Origin: Alphaproteobacteria bacterium
Lineage (GTDB): Bacteria > Pseudomonadota > Alphaproteobacteria > GCA-2731375
Direction of reading: 5' to 3'
Assembly (NCBI GenBank): GCA_965232515.1
Contig: CBDDPY010000002.1
Span: forward strand, 6,432,001-6,496,000
DNA length: 64,000 nucleotides
The first letter of the stretch is position 1. Every line of letters begins with the position of its first letter. Of the stretch, positions 22,893-32,566 are shown in pieces. The notes below the pieces were generated by a model. The model was given only the letters and a program-made list of their open reading frames with translations, was not told the DNA's origin and ran no database searches. The position numbers were made by a program, and so were the translations under genes.

Positions 22893-24542
22893 GTGGGACA
22901 AATGACGACATCCTCTGAGCCCGCCGAACCGGATGAACTCTCCGCCGATCCGCGAGAGCAGATCGTCCTGCGGATCCTGGCCGGTTCGCAGCGCGGCGCG
23001 TCCATGCCGTTGCGCGCAACGTCCTATGTCGTCGGCAAGGGTGATGACAGCGACATCGTTCTGGCCGACGACAGTCTTTCGGCTTCGCACGCGCGGCTTA
23101 CGGTCTCCAACGGCGCGCTGACCCTGGAAGCGCTCGAGGGTGCTGTCTTTTTCAACGACGGGGTGCTTGGACCCGGCGAGCGTGTCGCCTTGGAGCTGCC
23201 CGTCGCCCTCAGCATGGGCCTCATCGTCGTCGCGGTCGGCGTCCCATCGACGGATTGGACGGGCCTGCCGGTTACCAAGCCCTGGCCCCTGGACGACGCC
23301 GAAGACGTGGAACCATCCGCCGACGCGCCCGAAAGCGAAAATCGCGTCGCTGCCGTCGCAGGCGACGCGGAGACGGACACCACCGAGCCGTCACGGTCCG
23401 ACGCGGACACGGATGGCCCGGGCGATCCCGAGGCGGCACCGGCTGCCGGGCCTGATGCAGACGGCCTCTCGCAACGGGAACCGCCGTTGGCTGAGATCCC
23501 GCTGCCGCGGAAGTGTTTGGTTCTGTTGCGGCGGTACCGTGTCCTCTTTGCAGGCTCGCTGGTCGCCGCTGCGGTTGTCTGCGCCGCCGCTCTCATGGCC
23601 CTCGAGCCCGCGAGATCGATGCCGGAGCCCGCCGTGCAAACGCCTGCCGCCGCAAACCCGCAAGCTTCGATCGCCGATGCCGAAGCGATCGCGAACAGGC
23701 TCAGCCTCGAAGAGGTCTCGTTCGATCCGGCAGGCGACGGCAGCGTCACCGTCACCGGCTTCGTGCCGACGGCTGAAAACCGGCGTCGGCTTCGCGGCGC
23801 CCTGGCCGAGGCGGGACTGACGTATTCCGATCGGACACATGTCGTCGAACAGCTCCTGGCGTTAGTCCGCGAGTCGCTCGGCGCATCGACCTGGCACCAG
23901 GCCAACTTCGCAGACCACCTGGTCGTCACCTACCACGGCAACGGCGAAATCGACATCGATGGTTTCCTGGGCCCGCAGGTCGACAAGGGCGATCTGCGCC
24001 GCCGGCTGCAATCCGATGTTCCCGGTATCGGCACGCTTCGCTTCACCCGCTCGGACGTACGGGACTGGATCGATGTGCTGGACCAGCGGATCGAAGATGC
24101 CGGGCTGTCGCTGTGGCTCAAGAGCGCCGAGGATGGCGCCAGAATTCGCGTGGCCGGACAACTCAACCCAACCCAGGCCGTCACCTGGCGCCGGGTCGGC
24201 AAGGCCTTCGTTCGAGAGTCGCGGGGCTGGCCCAAACTGACAATCGACGTGACGGCATCTCGCCAGGCGCCGATCGTCGCCAAACCGACCCCGCAGCCGG
24301 AACCGGCCAAGAAACCGGAGCCTGCCGAGGAACCGGTTCAGTCTGTAATTCGTCCGAACCTATCGGTCATCGGCGTCATACTTTCAGATGGCAAACCTGA
24401 CCACGTCCTGCTCGCAACCGGCGAGACGTTCGCCGAAGGAGACGTTCTCGATGGCGGCGCGACGGTGGGCAAGATCGAAATGGATCAGATAACGATCAAA
24501 AAAGGCGGGCAGGTGTTCGTCTATCGCGTGAAAGGTGGATGA
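22893..24542 (+). CDS. sctD: T3SS inner-membrane ring protein SctD (YscD/HrpQ)
   Basis: N-terminal FHA-like domain (LRILAGSQRGA...DIVLADDSLSASHA), single TM, periplasmic repeats, YscD-type C-terminus. Confidence 0.85.
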   Translation: MGQMTTSSEPAEPDELSADPREQIVLRILAGSQRGASMPLRATSYVVGKGDDSDIVLADDSLSASHARLTVSNGALTLEALEGAVFFNDGVLGPGERVALELPVALSMGLIVVAVGVPSTDWTGLPVTKPWPLDDAEDVEPSADAPESENRVAAVAGDAETDTTEPSRSDADTDGPGDPEAAPAAGPDADGLSQREPPLAEIPLPRKCLVLLRRYRVLFAGSLVAAAVVCAAALMALEPARSMPEPAVQTPAAANPQASIADAEAIANRLSLEEVSFDPAGDGSVTVTGFVPTAENRRRLRGALAEAGLTYSDRTHVVEQLLALVRESLGASTWHQANFADHLVVTYHGNGEIDIDGFLGPQVDKGDLRRRLQSDVPGIGTLRFTRSDVRDWIDVLDQRIEDAGLSLWLKSAEDGARIRVAGQLNPTQAVTWRRVGKAFVRESRGWPKLTIDVTASRQAPIVAKPTPQPEPAKKPEPAEEPVQSVIRPNLSVIGVILSDGKPDHVLLATGETFAEGDVLDGGATVGKIEMDQITIKKGGQVFVYRVKGG

Positions 24543-24802
24543 TGACCGAAGCACTCCGAGACCTGACGCCACAGGAGCTCATTCGGCGGGTCCCGACCGA
24601 CATAGACGGCACAGTGCGCGACCACGCGGTGGCGCGGATCCGTGAAAAGGGTGCCCAGGTGAAAGCCGCGATCGATCGGGGCGTGCCGCCGGCGGAATAC
24701 CGGCTTCTCAGCAAAGTGCATGAGGCGCTGGAGGCCTCAAGCCAGGTGGTCGGGAGAGCCTGGGCGCTGGCCAACCACCGGCGCCAGAAACACGGAGGTT
24801 AG
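24539..24802 (+). CDS. Needle co-chaperone, YscE/EscE-like
   Basis: 87-aa helical hairpin with DRGVPPAEY...ALEASSQVV; lies directly before the needle gene. Confidence 0.75.
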   Translation: MMTEALRDLTPQELIRRVPTDIDGTVRDHAVARIREKGAQVKAAIDRGVPPAEYRLLSKVHEALEASSQVVGRAWALANHRRQKHGG

Positions 24803-24804
24803 CC

Positions 24805-25074
24805 ATGTCAGACGTTTCGAGTGGCGACTCGTCATCCGATTCGACGACGGAGGCGTTGACCTCGTCGACGCAGGAAAAAATCGACGAGACCAACGACTAC
24901 ATCGACGACGAAATCGATTCGGTCAGCGACGACGTCACGATCCAGGAACAGTTCGAATTGTCTTATGGAATCCAACAGCTTGGCGTCAAAATGACTTTGC
25001 TCACCAACATTATGACGGCGTGGGAAACACTGGAGATGAAGCTCGCCAACGCCTGCAAGATCCCGACGGGTTAG
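24805..25074 (+). CDS. sctF: T3SS needle subunit SctF (very acidic, Chlamydia CdsF-like C-terminus)
   Basis: 89 aa between E- and G-like chaperones; C-terminal helix FELSYGIQQLGVKMTLLTNIMTAWETLEMKLANACK; strong GGAGG RBS. Confidence 0.7.
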   Translation: MSDVSSGDSSSDSTTEALTSSTQEKIDETNDYIDDEIDSVSDDVTIQEQFELSYGIQQLGVKMTLLTNIMTAWETLEMKLANACKIPTG

Positions 25075-25124
25075 CGGCGGGACGCTTGGCAGCCTTTGGC
25101 CAATAGAGACAGCGGGAACAACGC

Positions 25125-25493
25125 ATGCCGATTGATCAAGAAACCCTCGATTTCCTCACGCATTCAGCGGGTCTCGCGGGCACGTTCGGTCTGGCAAAAG
25201 AGTCGAAGGTGATCATGGACGCCGTCTCCGCCGTGCTGCCCGGCGACGAAAACGCAATGATCCTGGAAGCGGCGACACGGTTGAACGCGCGGCGTTTCGA
25301 TGCGGCCGTGAAGCGTCTCCGCGACGACGTGCTTGCCAAGAACCCCGACAACACGGCCGCCAAGGCTTTCCTTGCCCTGGCGCACCATTTGGCTGGCAAT
25401 CCTGGCGAGCGCGACAGGTGGCGAAACGAAGTGATCGCAGCCAACGACGACGAGGACGCGGTCGAGCTCGTTAGAGATCTTGGCCAAGGCTGA
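25125..25493 (+). CDS. TPR-like needle chaperone (YscG/CdsG/HrpB1-like)
   Basis: KNPDNTAAKAFLALA...EVIAANDDEDAVELVRDL; follows the needle gene. Confidence 0.7.
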   Translation: MPIDQETLDFLTHSAGLAGTFGLAKESKVIMDAVSAVLPGDENAMILEAATRLNARRFDAAVKRLRDDVLAKNPDNTAAKAFLALAHHLAGNPGERDRWRNEVIAANDDEDAVELVRDLGQG

Positions 25494-25531
25494 TCGACCG
25501 ACAGCCGCATGACGTTCCAGGAACACGAATC

Positions 25532-25975
25532 ATGATCGATCCTGTCAGCGCGAACAGCATAAGGCCGCCCGGCGAGCTCTACGACCGGCAGGCCATGGAC
25601 ATGGGCCCGGGCCAGGTCACCGCTGCCGACCAGCAGCGCTTCGAAGCTGCGCTCGGGACAGGCGGCGATGATATCCGGGTCGCGCAAGTCGATGCGGGCG
25701 ACATTTGGGTCAATCAACCGGTTGCGACGGACGGTCAGCCGCCGCTGCCACCGACACTCGGCGACAGCATCTTGAACGGCCTAGAGAGCTTTCGGGGCAG
25801 TTGGCAGGGCACGATGAGCGAGATCCAGCAGGCGGTTAGTCAGGATCGAATGGATCCGGCGACGCTCATGAGCCTGCAATTCCAAGTCCAGCACACCGCC
25901 GTCGTAACCACTCTTGTCATCAACGAAGTGACTGCGCTTGACCAGGAAGTCACCCAGTTGCTCAAAGCAAGTTAG
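25532..25975 (+). CDS. sctI: T3SS inner rod SctI (YscI/HrpB2)
   Basis: ADQQRFEAAL, TLGDSILNGL, MDPATLMSLQ, C-terminal VTQLLKAS; precedes sctJ. Confidence 0.85.
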   Translation: MIDPVSANSIRPPGELYDRQAMDMGPGQVTAADQQRFEAALGTGGDDIRVAQVDAGDIWVNQPVATDGQPPLPPTLGDSILNGLESFRGSWQGTMSEIQQAVSQDRMDPATLMSLQFQVQHTAVVTTLVINEVTALDQEVTQLLKAS

Positions 25976-25987
25976 CGTACGAACGCC

Positions 25988-26746
25988 ATGACGATCCAAC
26001 GCATAGCGCGCGCGTTCCTGTTTGCACTGATTTTGCTATGCGTTGCCGCCTGTGAAGACAAACTCCTCACGGGACTGTCGGAGGAAGAGAGCAACGAGAT
26101 TATCGCCCTCCTGCAGTCGCGCGGCATTTCTGTGAGCAAAACGATGGTCGATAAGGAGGGCGTGTCGCTCAGCGTCGACACCGCCGACCTGGCAAGTGCC
26201 ATCGAAGTCTTGCGGCAGCATGGATTTCCTCGCGACCAGTTCAATGACCTGGGCACGATTTTCGATAAGGAAGGTCTGATCTCTTCACCGCTCGAAGAGC
26301 GGGCGCGCTTCATCTACGCCATATCCGAAACCATTTCGGAAACGCTTTCCCAGATCGACGGCGTTGTGAAGGCCCGCGTCTTCGTCAACGTGCCGGAGAG
26401 CAACCGTCTGGATGAGAAACCGCCTGAAGCCTCTGCATCGGTGTTCTTGAAGGTAGGCCCCGGCGTCAACCTCGAAAACAAGATACCCGACATTAAGATG
26501 ATCGTTCAGAACAGCGTCGAAGGATTGCGATACGACGACGTTGTCGTGGTCTTGTTCGAGGCCGCGCCGCCGCCGGCGACCATCGATACGAACGGTCCGG
26601 CCATGTCGGAACTGCTGGGCGTGCGGTTCACCAGCGACTCCGGCCCGGCGATCATCGCCGCCGGGGCCGTTATCGGTCTGCTTCTGCTGGCCGCAATCGG
26701 CGGCAATGCCCTTTTGCTCATGCGCCTGCGCAAGATCGAGCGCTGA
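25988..26746 (+). CDS. sctJ: T3SS lipoprotein ring SctJ
   Basis: Lipobox VAAC; motifs GLSEEESNE, GLISSPLEERARF and IDGVVKARV. Confidence 0.96.
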   Translation: MTIQRIARAFLFALILLCVAACEDKLLTGLSEEESNEIIALLQSRGISVSKTMVDKEGVSLSVDTADLASAIEVLRQHGFPRDQFNDLGTIFDKEGLISSPLEERARFIYAISETISETLSQIDGVVKARVFVNVPESNRLDEKPPEASASVFLKVGPGVNLENKIPDIKMIVQNSVEGLRYDDVVVVLFEAAPPPATIDTNGPAMSELLGVRFTSDSGPAIIAAGAVIGLLLLAAIGGNALLLMRLRKIER

Positions 26747-26754
26747 TCTCTGCG

Positions 26755-27429
26755 ATGACTGGTCTCTTGTCTGTGCCGGACGAGCCGTGGACGCACCGCG
26801 CCGTCGTCTTCAACCTTGCACCCGCCACCTACATTCATGACAGCTGGCTTGAAACGCTGCCGCACGGCGAACTTGTCGGGATACTCAAACGCGAACCGGA
26901 CGCCTTGGCGTCGGTTTCGCAGTTCCTGCTCGATGCCTTGCACCTGAGAGACGGATATTTCTGCGATTTCGCCGAACCTCGGTCTCGACTGGCGTTGCTC
27001 GACAGCGCCGTCCTGGAAAAGATGTTCCTCTATGCCGGGCTTGCGCTTCGGAGCGAGGAAATACGCGGCGAGATCGATGGCGTGCGGCTCGGTCGCCTGC
27101 GCGAGGCTCTCGGCGCGTCTGCTTTGGAGTTTGCGGTCAAGCGGGCCCCGCTGCTCGGCAAGCTGCCGCTGTTCGACTACGAGCCGGCAGCGTCGAACCT
27201 CCGCGTCCGCCTGACGTTGATCGGCGCGATGTATGCGCTGTCGCCGGCGCATTGGAATGACCCGGCCTATTCCCGGCGCGTGATCCTCAAGCTGCCTCGT
27301 GGACTGTCCGAAGAATTGCAGTCGACCTTGCCCGAGCACCCGCGGGGGGATCCGGGGCCCGAACTGCCGGGGCTTGCAAGACGGTTGATCAGGGAGTTCG
27401 CGCCGGAATGGCAAGCTTTGTTCGCCTGA
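26755..27429 (+). CDS. sctK: T3SS sorting-platform protein SctK (YscK)
   Basis: FNLAPATYIHDSW and RLALLD; between sctJ and sctL. Confidence 0.8.
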   Translation: MTGLLSVPDEPWTHRAVVFNLAPATYIHDSWLETLPHGELVGILKREPDALASVSQFLLDALHLRDGYFCDFAEPRSRLALLDSAVLEKMFLYAGLALRSEEIRGEIDGVRLGRLREALGASALEFAVKRAPLLGKLPLFDYEPAASNLRVRLTLIGAMYALSPAHWNDPAYSRRVILKLPRGLSEELQSTLPEHPRGDPGPELPGLARRLIREFAPEWQALFA

Positions 27430-28046
27430 GCCCTGACCGTCACCACCTTGACGACAGCGTGCGTGTGCTGACGCCGGAGGCCTACAGCATCGCCGTGGCC
27501 GCCGACGGCCTCCTGGCGGACGCGCGAGCGCGCGCCGACACCATCGCACAACTGGCACAAGCGGATCATGAGGCGGAGAAACGCCGCGGCTATGACGAGG
27601 GCATGGCCGCGGGCAGGGCCGAAATCGCCGAGCAAATGGTCTCTCTGGTCGACAGGTCGGTGGCATACCTTGCCAAGGCGGAGCGCGACGTTGCCGACAC
27701 GGTGCTCGTATGCTTGCGCAAAATCCTCGGTGAGTTCTCCGAAGACGATCTTGTTCTCAGGGCGGCCCGCGCCGGTTTGAGCAAGATGCGGAACGAAGCC
27801 CGCGTAACCCTGCGCGTGCGGCCCGAGGCCGCTACGCCTCTGCGCCGCCGCGTCGGCGAACTGCTGCACGAGCATACGGACATCGGTTTCCTCGAGATTG
27901 TCGCCGACGGCAGCATGGCCGAGGGCGGATGCCGCCTGGAAACCGAGCTGGGCGTGATCGACGCCAGTATCGAATTTCAGTTGCAAGCCCTGGAGAAAGC
28001 TTTTGCACCGACGCTCGGTGCCCCACCGACCGTCGATCCGGCATGA
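27408..28046 (+). CDS. sctL: T3SS stator SctL (YscL/HrpE)
   Basis: RRGYDEG, VTLRVRP and GCRLETELGVIDASI. Confidence 0.93.
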   Translation: MASFVRLSPDRHHLDDSVRVLTPEAYSIAVAADGLLADARARADTIAQLAQADHEAEKRRGYDEGMAAGRAEIAEQMVSLVDRSVAYLAKAERDVADTVLVCLRKILGEFSEDDLVLRAARAGLSKMRNEARVTLRVRPEAATPLRRRVGELLHEHTDIGFLEIVADGSMAEGGCRLETELGVIDASIEFQLQALEKAFAPTLGAPPTVDPA

Positions 28047-28166
28047 GACACATGCCTGCGGGCGGTCCGAAGCACCGGGACGCTTCGGCTGCGGGGAGCC
28101 CGCCGGCGAACGGCCCTTAAGCAAATTCACGCGTGTCGCCGCCGAATGCGCCACTGGAGAAAGCAC

Positions 28167-29759
28167 ATGGACACGATGCCATCACGAGCGCCGGATTCGA
28201 CGCTCGATCGCCACATGGGCCCTGTCGCGATGCTGTTCACGGGTCTCAGCATCATCGGGTCGGGCTGGCTGTTCGCGGCGCTCTATACCGCGCAGCTCGC
28301 CGGGCCGGCCGGCGTCATTTCCTGGCTAATCGGCGGCGCTGTCACGATCGCTATCGCACTCGTCTATGCGGAGTTATCGGGAATGTTGCCGGTCGCCGGT
28401 GCCCTGGCGCGAATACCCTATTTGTCGTTCGGGCCCATCGGCGGTTGGATGGCCGGATGGTTGTGCTGGGTCGCTTTCGTCGCCACTGCGCCGCTTGAGG
28501 TGATTGCAGTCCTCGACTACGCCTCCAACTATCTGCCTTGGCTAACGATCAACGAGCACGGCGAGCGCGTCCTCACGTCGTACGGCGTCGCGGTGGCGAT
28601 TGCGATGCTGGCCGCTTTCACCGGCATCAACGTTCTGGGCGTCAGATATTTTGCGCGTGCGAACACGGCAATCACGTTCTGGAAGCTGACGATACCGCTC
28701 GCTGCCGCCGTGCTTCTGATCGTGTTCGGGTTCCGCTGGGAGAACGTTCTCGATCATGGCGGATTCGCACCTTTCGGAATGACCGGTGTTTTCAGCGCCG
28801 TGTCCAGCGGCGGTATCATGTTCGCCTATTACGGCTTCCGCAGCGTCGTCGACATGGCCGGGGAAGCGAAGAACCCCCAAAGAGACGTCCCGATGGCGAT
28901 CATTGGCACCGTCGTTTTCTGCATCATCCTTTACGTCCTCCTGCAGATCGCCTTTATCGGCGCCATTCCGCCGTCGCATCTGGAAAACGGATGGGCCGCG
29001 ATTACGGAAACCGCCCCCGGGGGGCCGTTCGCCGCTTTCGCGGCCCTCCTCGGCCTCCAGTGGCTGGCGATCCTGCTTTACGCGGACGCGATCGTCTCGC
29101 CGGGTGGAACGGGATTCTCCTTTGTCGCGTCGACCGCCCGGCTCAACTATGCGATGGCCAGGTCCGGTCAGATTCCTTCGGTCTTCGCGCGGCTCAATCG
29201 CAATCGCGTGCCGGCGTGGAGCCTCGTGTTCAACTTCCTCGTCGGCATCGTCGTCCTGTTGCCGCTGCCGGGTTGGAACCAGCTTGTCGAATTCATCAGC
29301 ACGGCGGCCGTGCTGTCGTTTGCCTTCGGACCGGTGGCACTTCTCGTGTTGCGCTTGGAGCAGCCCGGACGGCCGCGGCCTTTCCGCATCCCTGCTGCAA
29401 CGCTATTCACGGCAGTGGCCTTCGTTCTGGCGGGCTTCATCGTCTACTGGACGGGTTGGGAGACCAACTGGAAGATCTTCCTTGTCGCTCTCGGCGGCTT
29501 GGCCATCATGTCGGCGACGCGCCTGGTGGGCCGCGTTAACGGAACGCCGCTCGAACTGAAGGCGACGGCGTGGCTTTGGCCTTACTATGCAGGCCTCGCG
29601 CTACTGTCCTACTTGGGCAACTACGGCAACGGACTCGGCGTCGTTCCGCAGGGGATCGACATGATCGTGCTGGCCATCTTCTCGCTGGCGATTTTCTGGC
29701 TGGCGGTACGCCTGCGTCTGTCCGGCCGGATCATCGGCGACCTGATCGCGGCAGAGTAG
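28167..29759 (+). CDS. APC-family amino acid permease (YveA-like)
   Basis: SIIGSGWLF, AGPAGVISW, GEAKNPQRDVP and DAIVSPGGTG; many TM helices. Confidence 0.9.
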   Translation: MDTMPSRAPDSTLDRHMGPVAMLFTGLSIIGSGWLFAALYTAQLAGPAGVISWLIGGAVTIAIALVYAELSGMLPVAGALARIPYLSFGPIGGWMAGWLCWVAFVATAPLEVIAVLDYASNYLPWLTINEHGERVLTSYGVAVAIAMLAAFTGINVLGVRYFARANTAITFWKLTIPLAAAVLLIVFGFRWENVLDHGGFAPFGMTGVFSAVSSGGIMFAYYGFRSVVDMAGEAKNPQRDVPMAIIGTVVFCIILYVLLQIAFIGAIPPSHLENGWAAITETAPGGPFAAFAALLGLQWLAILLYADAIVSPGGTGFSFVASTARLNYAMARSGQIPSVFARLNRNRVPAWSLVFNFLVGIVVLLPLPGWNQLVEFISTAAVLSFAFGPVALLVLRLEQPGRPRPFRIPAATLFTAVAFVLAGFIVYWTGWETNWKIFLVALGGLAIMSATRLVGRVNGTPLELKATAWLWPYYAGLALLSYLGNYGNGLGVVPQGIDMIVLAIFSLAIFWLAVRLRLSGRIIGDLIAAE

Positions 29760-29790
29760 GCTGCAATCGGCGCGCCGGCCGGCGGCGATT

Positions 29791-30858
29791 TCAATCCGTT
29801 TGTTCCTCAGCCGGGCTTTGCTGCTCTTCCAGCTCGTAGACCCAGCGCATCACTTCCGCCACCTCGTCGATCAAGTCGACCGGTATGTACTGGCCGACGA
29901 CGCCGTCGTCAAAGAGCCCATGCGCCAGGGGCACGTTCTGCATGATCGGAATGCCCTCCTGCTGCGCGATCTGCACGATGCGCTTGGCCGCGATGTTGCG
30001 CCCTTTCGCGACGATGATCGGCAGCGGGGTCTGGCCCCTCCGGTAGTCCATGGCGATCGCAAGGTGGGTCGGATTCGTTACGACGACTTTGGCGCGCCTT
30101 GCGCCGGCCTCTGTGTTCGAACTCATCAGCTCGCGGTGGAGCTGCTTCCGCTTGCCCTTGATGTGCGGGTCGCCTTCGCTTTCCTTGTATTCTCGCTTGA
30201 CTTCGTCCTTGCTCATTTTCTGGTCTTTTGTGAACTGCCACTTCTGGTAGACGTAGTCGGCCGTTGCGATGGCGATGAAGGCCGCGCTGGTGTAGACGAT
30301 CACGTCAAAGAAGATCTCCGACAGCACGGGAATGATGCAGCCCACGCCGCAGTGCGGAATTCTGACCAGGTCCTGCAGGCTGCTCCGGATCACCAAGAAA
30401 AGCAGGATCGACAGGAACGCGATCTTGACAATCGATTTGATGAATTCGACCAGATTCTTGAGAGAAAAGATCTTCTTGAAGCCGGCTCCCGGGTTCAGCT
30501 TCTTCAGGTCCGGTTTGATCGACTCCGCCGCGGCAAGAAGACCGACCTGGGCCACGTTCGCGGCGATGCCGACCACGGCAACGGCCCCGATGATCGGCAC
30601 GACGATCACAAAGGCGGCTTGCAGCATTTCCCGCAGGACCGCATCGCTGGCCAAGGCGAACTCGGTTTCGTAGAAGACCGAAGGTGCCACGATCATGTCG
30701 GCCAGTTCCTGAAGGAAATACGGCATGAGGAAAAGGAACAATCCGAAAACCGTGACGATCAGGGCGGCCGAAGAAACTTCCTTGCTTTTTGCGACCTGCC
30801 CCTTCTTGCGGGCATCTCGCAGTTTTTTCGGTGTCGGTTGTTCGGTTTTCTCGGTCAT
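29791..30858 (-). CDS. sctU: T3SS export switch protein SctU
   Basis: EKTEQPTPKKLRDARKKGQV, EGDPHIK and the NPTH autocleavage motif. Confidence 0.97.
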   Translation of the reverse strand: MTEKTEQPTPKKLRDARKKGQVAKSKEVSSAALIVTVFGLFLFLMPYFLQELADMIVAPSVFYETEFALASDAVLREMLQAAFVIVVPIIGAVAVVGIAANVAQVGLLAAAESIKPDLKKLNPGAGFKKIFSLKNLVEFIKSIVKIAFLSILLFLVIRSSLQDLVRIPHCGVGCIIPVLSEIFFDVIVYTSAAFIAIATADYVYQKWQFTKDQKMSKDEVKREYKESEGDPHIKGKRKQLHRELMSSNTEAGARRAKVVVTNPTHLAIAMDYRRGQTPLPIIVAKGRNIAAKRIVQIAQQEGIPIMQNVPLAHGLFDDGVVGQYIPVDLIDEVAEVMRWVYELEEQQSPAEEQTD

Positions 30859-31637
30859 TCCAGCAACCTGCTCAGCACTGTGATATGCGTCGGCAAGGTT
30901 GCAAACTGCCCGTCCCAGATCTCCTGCAGCAAGGCGACGTAGAGGATGAGGATGAGAATGCCGACGGCACTTTTGACCGGCATGGAAAGGAAGAAGACGT
31001 TGAGCTGCGGCGCGAAGCGGCTCACCAAGCCAAGCCCGAACTCGGCAAGAAACATAGCAATCAGCGCCGGCGCCGCCAACACCACGGCCAGGGCCATGAC
31101 CCGGTCGATGATCGATATGAAGTACGCCGCCCCTTTCAAGTTGAGGCTTGGCATGAAGTCGAAGACCGGCAGCAGGACATAGCTTTCATAGACCGCCACC
31201 AGCATGACGAAAAAGCCGCCGCCGATCATGAAGAAGACCGCAATTACCTGCATCAGGAAGATGCCGAGCGGCGAGGTCTGCGAGCCTGTCAACGGATCGA
31301 CTGAACTTGCCATGGTCGATCCGCGTTGATTGTCGATGAAGAAGCCGGCGGATTCGACCGCCCAGAAAATGAACGAAAGACCGAATCCCATTAACAGGCC
31401 GATCACGACCTCTTTGACCAGGATCGCACCAAGTTCCAGAGAGGTGAAATTCTCAAGCACGATGCCGTCGGCATAGACGGGATAGAGGAACAAGATCAGG
31501 CTGGCGGCAAACGCGGTCCTGATCCGTCCGGGAAGCACTGTCGGATTGAACACCGGAATCATCGCAAACAGCGCGATCATTCTGGGCAGTCCGAAGACAA
31601 AAATCAGAAGCGGCTCCAAAAGCTCGGCGAAGGCCAT
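30855..31637 (-). CDS. sctT: T3SS export apparatus SctT
   Basis: AGFFIDNQRG and RFAPQLNVFFLSMPVKS. Confidence 0.96.
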   Translation of the reverse strand: MAFAELLEPLLIFVFGLPRMIALFAMIPVFNPTVLPGRIRTAFAASLILFLYPVYADGIVLENFTSLELGAILVKEVVIGLLMGFGLSFIFWAVESAGFFIDNQRGSTMASSVDPLTGSQTSPLGIFLMQVIAVFFMIGGGFFVMLVAVYESYVLLPVFDFMPSLNLKGAAYFISIIDRVMALAVVLAAPALIAMFLAEFGLGLVSRFAPQLNVFFLSMPVKSAVGILILILYVALLQEIWDGQFATLPTHITVLSRLLE

Positions 31638-31906
31638 TAGCCCGCAATCGTGCCGATATTGGTGAAGATACCGTAGGCGAAGTTGTACAGCTCCTGCCCG
31701 AGCCAGGCGCCGGTGGCGAAAATGACCAAGACGACAACGCAGAGCTTGATCGCAAACGAAAGTGTCTGTTCCTGAACCTGTGTCAGCGCCTGGAGTAGTG
31801 CGACCCCGGTTCCGACGACCGCCGCCGCGATGATTGGCGGCATGGACAGGTACAGCACCAGCAACAGCGCCTGGGCCGTGAAGTCCATCAGTTCCGGGAT
31901 CTCCAA
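31637..31906 (-). CDS. sctS: T3SS export apparatus SctS (TTG start)
   Basis: QALTQVQEQTLSFAIK; AGGAGG RBS. Confidence 0.96.
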   Translation of the reverse strand: MEIPELMDFTAQALLLVLYLSMPPIIAAAVVGTGVALLQALTQVQEQTLSFAIKLCVVVLVIFATGAWLGQELYNFAYGIFTNIGTIAG

Positions 31907-31918
31907 GTCAGCCTCCTG

Positions 31919-32566
31919 CTAATAGGTGAGCACAAGGCCGTGGACGAGTTTCGTCCAGCCATCGAGCATGACGAAGAGCAGCAGCTTGAAGGGCAGCGAG
32001 ATGGTCATGGGCGAAACCATCATCATGCCCATCGCCAGCAGAACGTTGGAAACGATCAGGTCGATGGTGATGAACGGCAGGTAGATCAGGAACCCGATCT
32101 GAAATGCGGTGGTCAATTCGCTCACCACGAATGCCGGGATCAGGATCAGCAAGTTGTCAGCGTTGATGCTGTCGCGCAGTTCCACAGGCCAAAGCCGGCC
32201 GGCCGTCTGCATGAAGAACGAGGTCTCGGCTGCGGACGCGTGTTCCGACAGGAAGGCACGAAACGGTCCGGCTGCGCTGTCCAGGCTCGCCATCAGCGTC
32301 GCGACGTCGGCGTTTTCAAAGTCGACGGTCTCCAGGATCTCGAACCCTGCGATCACAACCGGCGCCATGATGTAGACGGTCAGAACGATGGCCAGGCCAT
32401 GCAGCACCATGTTGGGCGGAATCTGCTGCACGCCCAGGGCATTCCGGATAAGCGAGAACACCACGACAAGCTTCACGAATGACGTTGCCATGATGACGAG
32501 CGCCGGTGTCAGGCCGATCACGGCAACGATGAAAATCAGGGTGACCGGATCCGGAAGGCTATCCAT
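31919..32566 (-). CDS. sctR: T3SS export apparatus SctR
   Basis: RNALGVQQIPPN and LLAMGMMMVSPMTISLPFKLLLFV. Start placed at MDSLPDP. Confidence 0.97.
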   Translation of the reverse strand: MDSLPDPVTLIFIVAVIGLTPALVIMATSFVKLVVVFSLIRNALGVQQIPPNMVLHGLAIVLTVYIMAPVVIAGFEILETVDFENADVATLMASLDSAAGPFRAFLSEHASAAETSFFMQTAGRLWPVELRDSINADNLLILIPAFVVSELTTAFQIGFLIYLPFITIDLIVSNVLLAMGMMMVSPMTISLPFKLLLFVMLDGWTKLVHGLVLTY

